The position numbers were made by a program, and so were the translations under genes. A stretch of 64,000 nucleotides of DNA. Source: Neodothiora populina. Taxonomy: Eukaryota. The notes under the pieces are model-generated. The model was not told where the DNA came from, did no database searches, and worked only from the letters and a program-made list of their open reading frames with translations. Within the stretch, counting starts at the first letter, position 1. Every line of letters begins with the position of its first letter. Positions 23,437-34,186 of the stretch are shown here, piece by piece. The DNA lies in the NCBI RefSeq assembly GCF_041146345.1, contig NW_027191405.1:1488001-1552000 (forward strand), read 5' to 3'.

Positions 23437-24766
23437 GTGTTTCATCATGAGTTACATTATGAACTTTCGACGAACGGGTTCCTAGCCTGCACCTTGAATC
23501 ACTTTTGCTCTCTCTGTTTGTGTTTTTGAGTGGCTGGACACAAGAGTCTGATGGATCAAAGACGCGATAGCAGAACAATACTCTTTCCCCTCCAACTCGG
23601 CAGACTTCCTCATGACCAGTCCCTTTGCAGATGCCGGCAATTTTTGACTCTATCAGGAGTTTCCTTGGCTCTTGCATGATTCTGTCCATGACGTTACCAC
23701 GAATGACACTTCCAGAGACACGATCATTATGGGAAGTAGCATTCAGCACGCGAGTTCCGATGAGGACGATCAAGTCGAGATTGAAACACAGGAGGATGAT
23801 CTGGTTAAACTAGAGAATACAGAGACGGAGAAGCAGTCATACGCCCGTAAAACCTTTCCAAGATCCAACGGACTTGGCTATGGTTTCACAGCAGGATGCT
23901 ACTTCGGAGGAGACATGCACAAGGAGGAATTGCCGTGAAGCCTCGCTGGTCCATTGAAGCTGTCATGGGATGGAGTAGAGTGGACGAATCTTGCCCAATC
24001 CCAGCGTCCACCGTCTCTGTTGACTGCTGGCTATGTCAAGTACATATGCCAAGTGCTGCAGCACGCAAAGTATGGTGTACACGCCAAAGCACCAAGAGAT
24101 TTCTAAGGAACGCGAAAAGGGGGGTATCTATTGAATTCTTTCGGTAGTCTATATATGTGGAAACCAAGAAAAGAAAAAGGAAGATGTTGACGCCAAGATG
24201 CACGACTCTGCTCTGCTCTGCTATTTGCTCTAGTCTGATCGACATGACGGCGAGCAACTACGTCACTCATCGCTCATGCGATCTTTGTTTTTCAGTTCTT
24301 TTCTCGTTTTGTATGTTTGGTGTGAGGCAGCATTCCAAGATGATGTGACGGGGAAGGGCGACATTTTGTTCGCTGGGCCGATCTTCTCGTAACGAGTTGT
24401 GTTGGCGGTTGTAAAAGAGGAGGATCGAGTCGTCGGTTGATGCTATTTGTTCGAGCAGGAGATGACATAGAAGACGGGTGGATTTTTTTCCCTTTCGACG
24501 GATGATCTCGGAGAGGGATAGAGAGGTCGGTATAGGAGACGGACGGACGGGAGAGACAGGATGCTCGAGAGGGCCACAGCCGAGCAATAGCACGATGAAA
24601 AGATGGCCAGGAGAAGTATGCGTTCCGAGAAGTCTCCGCGAAAGTCGCCGATGGCATGCACTCATCAAAGAGGCCTACCACCGTAACTCCCACCTCTCGA
24701 CACCTCCGCCCTTCTTCCTCTCTCACCCCTCGTCACTCAGAACCCAAAGAAAAGAACCCATTCAAC

Positions 24767-25000
24767 TTAAAAATCATCAGGGAAGCACTTCTCCTTGGTC
24801 CAAGCCTCGGAGTGCGTGCCCGCGTGGTCCTCCATCTGCTTCTTGTTGTCGCGCACCAGTTCCTTGAAGCAGAACTTGCACGTCGACTTGGCCTTGGGCG
24901 CCTTCTTGGGCGTGCCGTTCGGGTTGATCGGGATGCGCGTGCCTGCCGCCTCGGCTTTTTTGTGCTCTTGCTTTATGCGGTCTTTTTTCGTGATGGGCAT
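24767..25000 (-). CDS. Small basic C2H2-type zinc-finger protein (ZNF706/DUF1909-like)
   Basis: 77 aa, Lys-rich N-terminus, CKFC-x14-HAGTH, C-terminal EKCF; strong codon bias and AAAATG context. Confidence 0.75.
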   Translation of the reverse strand: MPITKKDRIKQEHKKAEAAGTRIPINPNGTPKKAPKAKSTCKFCFKELVRDNKKQMEDHAGTHSEAWTKEKCFPDDF

Positions 25001-25601
25001 TTTGGCGGGATGTTTCTGGAAGGGGGTTTTTTTTTACTAGTTTCTGGGTGAAAAGGAAGAGGCAAGAAGCTAGGTTTGGCGTTTTTGGGGTTGTTGTTTT
25101 GTGTTTTTTTCTTGCTGACGGACGAGAGAGAGAGGGGCGGTAATTATTGGGCTTTCTTGTGGAGAGAAAAAGAGGATTTTCTGCGGGTCCTTGCTGCTGC
25201 TGCTGCTGCTGCTGCTGTTGTGAGACGGACGAAGAGGGTCTGGACCCTGGGCTGGACCGCCTGTTGTTTGCTTATCACCTTATTTTCCCCCCCCTCTCTT
25301 TCCTTCACTTTGTTGCAAGGGTCCCTGCTGCTATAGGATAAGGTAAATATGTTTGATAAGGCGTTAGAGTGCTTTGAGCTTGGCGTTTTCGTGGTTTACG
25401 GCTTTACTGGCCCGCTTTGTTTGTTGTTATCTCCGTCGATGGAGGGGCAGATTGAGCACGATTTTCAGTCAGTGTGAGTGAGTGTTTGACAGTCGGATTA
25501 ATCTCGTGACCCAGAGGCTGATGTTTATGTTTCATGTTCATGTATTGACATTCATATTCCTATTCTGTTTATCGTTTAATTTATATAACTCTAAGCAATG
25601 T

Positions 25602-27087
25602 CTATTGTAGGCTGACGTGCTCTGGCACAGGGCTGATAAGCTTGCCCTCCGTCACGGCGGAGCGGACGTTGCTGATCGTCCACGCCTCCATCTTGGCCTG
25701 GGTCTCCACGCACCAGGTTCCCATGTGAGGCACAAGAAGCACGTTGCGGTTAGCAATGAGGCCAGGGTGCACCTTGGGCTCCTCCTCGTAGACGTCGAGA
25801 CCACACGACGCCACGTGGCCGGACTCGAGAGCCTTGACGAGAGAGTCCTCGTTCATGACGGCTCCGCGCGCAGTGTTGACGATGACGACTCCCTTCTTCA
25901 TCTTCTCGAACTCCTTGGTGTCGATGATGTGACGAGTCTTAGGCTGTTTCTCATAGGGTTAGCGTCGTTCCGTTTCCTCACTCACTTTGTTCATCGTGAA
26001 CATGTTAGACTTACGTTGAGGGGAAGGTTCAAGCTGAGCACATCTGATTGAGCGAGCAACTCGTCAAACGAAACGTACTTGGCACCGCCTGCATCCTCCT
26101 CGCTGAGCTTGTTGCGGTTGTGGTAGATGGTGGTCATGCCGAAAACGTCCATCTTGCGCTTCATGTTGCGACCGATACCGCCCATACCCAGAATACCCAG
26201 CACCTTGCCCTGAGGATCGTGGCCAAGGGCAGGAGGAGGGGCACCGCGCCACTTGCCTTCTCTGAGCGCCAGAATGCTAGGGTTGAGGTTACGGATCGCA
26301 CCGAGAATCAAGAAAACGGCAGTGTCTGCGGTGGCATCGTCTGCGATCTCGGGGACACTTGAGACAAGCAGAGGTGGATCGCGTGCAGCACATGCATGTG
26401 CATCAACTTGGTCGTAACCGGCACCTTTGCAGCTCGTTAGCTAGTGACTCGTGTGCCGTGTTTTGGTCCGTCCTTGAAAAAAGACAGATGCCATGCTGGC
26501 CCTCCTGAACACGTGTCCTTTCTCATCTACGTAGCGCCGCTATAGCAAGGAAAGCCTCTACAGCCCATACGAACAAGGAAAACAAAAACATAACAGTAGT
26601 CATAACTTACCGTTGTGGGCCAAGAACTTCCAGCTCTTGGGAAGGACTTCGACGAGCTCCTTGTCGAAGATACCAGTTATCGAAGCACTGGGGAACGTTC
26701 TGTATGCAGCAACAACGCCATCAAGCTTGCCAGACTTGCACTCCTCAATGAAGTCTGCTCTGTTTGTTGATTGGGGCTTGATGAGCTCCGCAACATCAGA
26801 GAGCTCCTCCCACTTGTCCTTGGCACTGTTGGGCTCTGCATTAGATAAGAAGTTCATAGGTTCAGATCAGTCTCGACTTACAGCGCTACCTCACCGAGCA
26901 GAAGAACCTTTGGCTTAGACATTGTGCTGTATGAGTTTCGTATCCTGAAGAAAGGAGTTGTAGGGAACGAGACGATAGGAGAGCGACGGTTTCCTGATCC
27001 TTGGGAACTGATATACGTCTTTGGTATCAATGGACGATTCCGATACCGCAAGGGAGATGTAAGAACAGAGGAAGATAGCCAGCGCAT
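25602..27087 (-). CDS. D-2-hydroxyacid dehydrogenase, glyoxylate/hydroxypyruvate-reductase-like
   Basis: Core starts at ATG 26922 (MSKPKVLLLG). Introns 26826-26881, 26425-26610, 25944-26014. Motifs HNGAGYDQ, GILGMGGIG (Rossmann), VNTARG, GLDVYEEEP, PHMGT. Upstream in-frame ATG at 27087. Confidence 0.92.
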
Positions 27088-29422
27088 CAAAAGATAGGGA
27101 ATTGGAAAGAAGACGGCGAAAGTGTGGATGGTCCGGAAGATTTTATGTTTTCTTTGGACGATTATCTGCTTACGGCACAAGGGTCTACCATGATCACTTT
27201 GCAATTGTCATAGGCATCGAGTAATCATTTCACTATCGTTGGGGAGTTCGATGCTACTTCTGGGGCGCGTCGGCCGAATGAATCTCGGCGCGCCGGGCCT
27301 TTTTCGCGCGAGAGGTGTGGGGAAAGCTTTGTAGATCGGGTAATGCTGTCGGCGGTGGTCAAGGGTACTTTTGCTCGTTTGGGATCTCAACCCCCCACCA
27401 TAGGACCATGAATCACTGCGTGTCGTTGGTCTATGAATGACTTGCCTGTAATTGGGACATCTACCTCGACGACACTCTCGTATCTTTCGTGATGAGTACA
27501 CACATACCGTGCTGTTTATCTAAGGCCTTCTACCTTCTAGACTCCGTAATGGGTGTCTTTGTATTTATCTGTTTCCAGTGAAGGAAGTGGCATGCGAACG
27601 ACGCTAGATACACCGAAGATATGGTTATTGGCACTAGGAGCATATCGAGTCGCCGAGGGACAGGCATTGCGAAGTGTCACCCTCAACTTAGTCTGTCAGA
27701 TAGGATCTATCGTGGTCGCAGATGTATCCCGCTTGGATGTCAACACGAGATAGCTGCATCTTGTCTGAAGGAAACAGTCCAAGACGAGACGAGTGCAGCA
27801 ACTTCAGAAGAATAAAGTATGGTTGCAAATGCGCTCTCAATCTGAAAGGCCTGATGAGGAGAAGTACATGCTCATGATTGGAACACAAAGAGCCAGTGCA
27901 GTGAGACCTCGACACAACGTGGATGCGAACAACCTCTCGAAAAAAAGAGAAAAGAGACTTGAGTCGAGGGGCCGCAGACCAAGGCTCTATATGACAAGAC
28001 GTCCACTGCTGCAGAACAAAGCTTATGTAATCGCTGGTGAGCCAATGGGCTGTACATGTTAGCTCGTAGGGTACCAGAACAATGCAGATTGTCTCGACCG
28101 AGAGGTGGATATTAGGTTCCAATGCAGATATTGGGGTTAGACTCGGTCCCAAAAAGAGCACTCGAAGGCAGGTGTCTCGTTATATGATGTATCGCATCCA
28201 TGACATTGATACCGCTTTCAATCTATGCTTAGATAGTCAGTAAGCCCATAGACTGGTACACGGAGTAGGAATGATCCATCATCCTGATCTTGTGGCTCCA
28301 GTGTACGTTCATGTTGAGGACTGCGCTTTATGATCGCTGGCACGAGGCTGTGTCGGGCCTACTACTGTAGTATCCTCTCATTGCCTCTTCAGCAACAAAC
28401 ATCGAATGATACAGATTCTCCGCAGCAGAACGAGACGGGCCGAGTCATTCCCCTCTGTATCTTTCTCTGGCGCGTGCCGCTAGTTCGAGGATGGAGAGGC
28501 ATCGGAGCCCCACATGATGGACTTGCTACTGTATGATAGATGTGGACTTTGGTACCTCATCATCGGTGTGGTTAGATTTGATCGCCAGTCTTGCTTGAGT
28601 AGAAGTAAGGTTGTCCGAGGCCTCACACAAGGTATACGAACATAGTATTTCGAGTATAGTCAGGTACACAACCCGATTTGACCCTCGTGAACCCGTGAGA
28701 TTGAAGTAGTAGAGAAACGTGATATCTGGATCGCGTACCAACCTTGTACAAACATCATCTACCTCATAGGGATGGAGACTGTACCTACGTAATTTGACTA
28801 ATTACACACTTCTGTGCTGCAGGTACTGCACTAGCAGTACGAACAGTGATTACGACAGCAGTGCAATCTAGCGACAAACACACAGATTGAAAAAATATAC
28901 GATTTCCACACCTACAGTACTGTACGGACACACGGAAGTTGGACGAGGTCCCCCAATCAATCGAGTCCACATATTCCCGAAAGCATCTCCGCTTTCCCGT
29001 CCAAGTCTACGAAAGAGAGGACTTACCCTCACAGAAAAAGGAAATCCGGGGTTCTTCTCCGACACCACTGCGTCATCGAGTCCCCTTATCCTATAACTGC
29101 CGAGGTGTGCAAGAAGTGGTCTGCCAGAGTACATTTTGTAAAACTGATTGTAACTTCCGTAAGTACATTTATTTGTGTTGTTGGAAACTCAAGGAGAGCA
29201 TACTGACGTATTCGAACTAACAAATAGCTCAATTGTGAGATCTCCTTTTTGTTGATTCTTGTTTCGAGTAACCCGCGTCTGAAATTGAAACAATCTACAG
29301 TTGGAATCGACTAATTGTGATATCTAGTATTGTAACTGCGTGGCAATCTACTAGCAATCTTTCTACGGCATATTCACGTTCAAGCACCAAAGCGAAGGAA
29401 ATAAGCGAAATATCATTTCGCT

Positions 29423-30923
29423 ATGGTTTCCAAACCAACAAGACGACAAGAAGGCTCCGGGTCGCCAAAGGGGACTGCGGATCCATCATCGGCGACGGCG
29501 ACATCAATGACACTACACGACTTGAATTGCCTCACAATAGAGGAACTGGAGAAGCATGCCGCGACACTCATGGACAAGCAAACCAGAGATTACTACAACG
29601 AGGTAACTCTGCTTTCATACCTACATGACAACATATTTATCTCTCCTTCTAACATCATTCCGACGTGAAGGGTGCAGATAGCGGCAGCACTCTCCGTGAG
29701 AATATAACTGCTTTTACCAAGTACCGAATCCGTCCCAGAGTTCTTCGCGATGTCTCACGGATCAACACCTCGATCTCACTATTCGGCACGACTTCCTCTT
29801 TGCCACTGGGTGTAGCGCCCACAGCGATGCAAAGACTCGCTCATACGGATGGTGAGCTTGCGACAGCACGCGCATGCGCCAAGTACGGTCTGCCAATGGG
29901 TCTGTCATCGTTTGCCACAAGCACGCTGGAAGATGTCGCAGAAGCTGTGACCAGTGCGACCAAGCAAGAAGGCGGCAGTGGGGAGAGGATCCCTCAGGTG
30001 CTGCAGCTTTACTTGTTCGAAGAACGAGAACACAGCCGCAAGCTTATCCAACGAGCGAAGAAGGCGGGATATAAAGCCGTGTTTCTCACTGTCGACACCC
30101 CAATGCTGGGAAGGAGAAATTTGGAGATTAGGAACCAATTCAAGCTACCGGCCCACTTCGAGATCCCCAATTTCAAGGCTCAAGGAGATGAGAACGGTGG
30201 GGATGCTGAGGCTGAGCAGGAGGCTGGTGCGGAGGTGAACAACAGGAGAAGAGAGCAGATCAAAGGGAAAGAAAGAAGAAAGAGTGAAGCCGGATTCACA
30301 CGCAAGGATGGTGGTAGATCTCCGCCTAAAGGACCCATAACATTCCACTCACACGCTGCTAACCCAACACTTTCCTGGGAGAGGGATATAACATGGCTAA
30401 AAAAGGAATGCGGATCCGACATGCAGGTCTGGATCAAGGGAGTAGCTACTGCAGAGGATGCACAGCTGGCTATTGAGTATGGAGTTGACGGAATCGTGGT
30501 TTCCAATCATGGAGGCAGACAACTTAGTAAGTTCACTCCTCACGACGTTCTATTTGCGAAGGCGATATAAGGAGAGGAATGTACTAATTGGCCCACGCAG
30601 ACGGTGCCTTGGCAACCCTGGACGCACTTCCTGAAGTTGTAGCTGCTGTGCAGAAGAGGATTCCAGTCCATGTCGATGGCGGAGTTCGACACGGCACCGA
30701 CATATTCAAAGCGCTCGCCTTGGGAGCCGACTTTGTTTGGATCGGCCGTCCTGTACTTTGGGGTCTCGCGTATGGTGGACAGCAAGGTGTAGAGCTTGCG
30801 CTGCGACTGTTCAGCGACGAATTCAGATTAGCCATGGGCCTGGCAGGTGTGACCAAGGTTGAGGATATCAACAAAAGCTATCTTGTTAAGATCGACAAGA
30901 GTGGTTTTGTGGCAAGACTGTAA
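29423..30923 (+). CDS. FMN-dependent alpha-hydroxyacid oxidase (glycolate oxidase/HAO-like), peroxisomal
   Basis: Introns 29603-29670 and 30527-30600. Motifs RIRPRVLRDVS, APTAMQRLAH, LTVDTP..GRR, WIKGV, VSNHGGRQL, VDGGVRHGTD..KALALGA. C-terminal -ARL is a PTS1. No cytochrome b5 domain. Confidence 0.93.
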
Positions 30924-31090
30924 TGACGCCTGGTCTGGGTCGTCTTGTAATGGATGATGTACATATTGTAGATAAATATGAAGAGTTGTTGCTAGCGTCG
31001 GAAGCTGCAGCTAACAGGGGAGGTTGGATAGGCATCTGTAGTCCAAATCAATCCGAGTGATTGTCGAGATATTTGTTTTAAGAAGTGTCA

Positions 31091-33259
31091 TTACTCCTCC
31101 AGATGCTTGGGCTCCGTTGGCAAATACTCGGGCTTCTCGACAATTCTTTCCTTCGCCCATCGCATCCCATATCTGTCCAGCAAGGTATCGGTGATTGCAA
31201 CTAGACATATATTAGCTACTTTACACAGAAATGGTCGGAGGGAGACTTACTGAGTAGCAGTGCAAACAAGGAGGTTGGAAGCATCATGCCGCTCCCAGCG
31301 TAGCCATAAATCAAGGTCCCCGAAGGCTGCAAGATCATGAGTGATAGAAGACAAATAGCCACGCCTGTGACGATGCGGACACCAACACATATCCAATCGA
31401 ACACATCGACATGTCGTAGAATGAGCAGTCGGAAAACGCCAAATGATATAAGCACTATACCAGCCGTGACGAGGGAGTAGACGAAAGCCACACCGAACAG
31501 CGAAGAATAAGCCACGGTCGTGACGTCTCCGAGCTCTACTGCCGCACCATCAAGGTCGCTGCCATTGATATCAATAGATGCTAGGTCGCCGTTGTTGATG
31601 TTGTTCGCTTCTAGCAGTAAGATATAGATTGTACTCGTCAGACTATCAAGTGCATTATCGATAATGCTTTTGTTGTTCGCGCTGATCGCGCTTGTAATAG
31701 TATTGATATCAACGTTGATGATTGTGCTAGCATATGTTCAGTCTACTGTAGAGCGATTAAGCTTCAGAGAAACTCACTTTTGATAATTACCCTGGAACAT
31801 CTTGTCGAGAAGCGCGCGCGCTGTAGCATTAAAGGATGCTGCCTGCACGTCAGGAGTGCCATCAAGGATGATGTAAGCATTGATGTAATTCAAGATTTTC
31901 TTCGCTTGATGGAAGACGTCTTCTGCCAAAAGCCAGAATCGCTCGCCTTCCAGAGCAAGCGCAAGCGCAAGATGAAAGGGGTAGTGACTACATCATGATC
32001 AGTGTTTCCTCGATTCTGCCTATGAACGTCTATTCGCTTACAGTAAGGCGAACAATTCCTGTCGCACACCTTCCAATGGCTCGTCTGCACCTTTTTTGAA
32101 GTGCAGGGCCCATATCAGGAACTGGAAAATAAATTTAGTCATTAATGACCCTTGATCAAGTTAGAGATCACTTACGATGGTTAGGACACAGGTCAAGGCC
32201 TCACCAAAGACTATGCCGTCCCAGCCTCGTGATTGCAAGATGTAAGAGATCTGCTTCAATACGTTAAGGATACCTTCTCCGAGGACGATAAGAGTCAGAG
32301 ATCCCATGCGCTTGACGATATGGGTCTTTTGAAAACTCAGGACATCCCAGAAAAAAGGTATGGCAACCATAGCGACCACCTCATAGGCTAAGATGACGTA
32401 CCAAGCCCTGTACGAATAAGCCGAGAACCCCGACGGAGTAAAAGTGGTAAGCAAGGAAGCGTAGACAATTACACTTATGGAGAAGGTCAAGATGCAGATC
32501 GCAAGGGGCATAATGACATTCTTTTGCTTCTTCTTCCATAGAAACCACAATGTGATGAGGTAGTCGATGGCCAAGGAAGCTCGAGAAATGAGGAGAGTCA
32601 GATCGATGGCAAAGAAGGACGACATGATGTCTGACTCTTGTCTCTTGAAGAGGCGAGGAGAGAAACCGAGACTCTCTGCAGCCAAAGAAGTCATGACGCA
32701 GAATTGTATGAACTTGAGGACTCGAGATACAATGCTGTCGACTCCGAAGCGAACTGTGTCAAAGTTAGATGCGATATTGATTGTAGGTAAGGTCGAGCAC
32801 ACCATCGAATAGGGCTACTTGGAACCACGTAGTCCATATTATAGAAAACCAGCCTGGTAGTAGCGGTAGTCAGCACACCACTCTGCATCTACGCCTGTCA
32901 AAAACGTGTCATTGACTCAGGATTACCTATATACTGAGTAAGATCCCGGACATCGTTCACTGGATTGTTACTTGTAAGATTGGACAGGTTCGCGACAAAG
33001 AAGAGGTCGAAAAAGAGCTCTAGAGACCGATATAATGAGCATGGCACAAATATTGTGAGCGGGCGGCATTACCCATGTTCGTGGCATCTTCATGACGATG
33101 ATACTGGAAGCCATGGTTCTCGTCATCTGCTACAGGGGGCTCGAAGACATTGAGGCTTTGGTCTTGCCTTCGTTGCAGTATTTCTTCGTTTCTTTGGCGG
33201 GATGAGTGGTCGACCTGCAATCCACTCCTATGACGCACTACTTTGGTTTCCCTCGACAT
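31091..33259 (-). CDS. Low-temperature-requirement A (LtrA)-like multipass membrane protein
   Basis: Multi-exon. Spliced HEDATNMELFFDLFFVANL and HIVKRMGSLTLIVLGEG motifs. The last exon after intron 31201-31250 ends ...PKHLEE* at 31091. Confidence 0.8.
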
Positions 33260-34186
33260 TATCTCGAATAGGGTGACATTGTCAAGATATTTGCATACTG
33301 AACTACAGCACAAGGATAGTACGAAGATTGACAGACTTGAGCAGCTTACGAGGAGGGTCAAGGCTTTGGAAGCTATATTCTCATCTTTCGCGATTGGCGC
33401 TTTGCTTGGCTACTGGCTCTGACCAGCAGACAGAGCAGATCATAATTCGGATAATTGAGCGAAACCGTCTATGGAGACAGAGCTCAGCTGCTTCGAGACA
33501 TATGGTACGCTTGAAATCATGTATGGGGCGCACAACAAGACATGTTTACCACCACAGCGCGCAAGGATGAGGTGATGTTGGAAAGGCGATAAATGTGCCT
33601 TGCATTGTTCTATGGTACGGCAGTGGAGCACAACGGTCCCTGCCGTAAGCAATACGAAACGGGCAATTGGACGCCACAGCGCAAAGACTTGCTCCAGAAG
33701 ACTTGCCGAGGATGGTGGGACGAGCCGAGCATCCAGTGCTAGCGAATCACGGAGGACGGAAGCACGGAAGCCCAGCAGCTGGAAGTCCATAAGTACAGGT
33801 ACAAGTACATGCAGGGACTAGGCCGAATGGGCCTATGAAAGCACAGGAGCCCCGCAGCAGACCTGCGACCAAATATGCCAAGAGATGGAAGCAAATCGGC
33901 GACAACGGGTTGGATGATCAAGGCTTTCTTTCCAGATTGAGCTTCTTCGATTCTCGCTTCGCTTGTCTCTTCTCGCTTGTTCACGTTCCGCTTCTCGCTT
34001 GTTCGACTTCTCAAGCCTTTTGCTTCCGCTTGTCAAAGGGCTTTGTTTAAGCGACACGCGCTAACAGTCGGTGTTCGGAAGTGACGTGCGACGCATACAG
34101 ATGAGACGGTGGAATAGATTAGTCGAGCGAATGAATGATTGAGTGATTGGAAAGAAAGGAGAGAAAAAGAGTAGAGGGTAAAAAAT

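Noticed and set aside
25560..25604. Cryptic PTS1 by stop-codon readthrough in the dehydrogenase
   Set aside because: Readthrough gives TLLRVI*, which is not a PTS1, and the stop context is not TGA-CTA.
28400..29350. GTAC/TACAG-rich intergenic stretch with short palindromes (e.g. TACAGTACTGTA near 28913-28924) as a possible decayed transposon
   Set aside because: No terminal repeats, target-site duplication or transposase remnants seen, and no strong AT skew typical of RIP.
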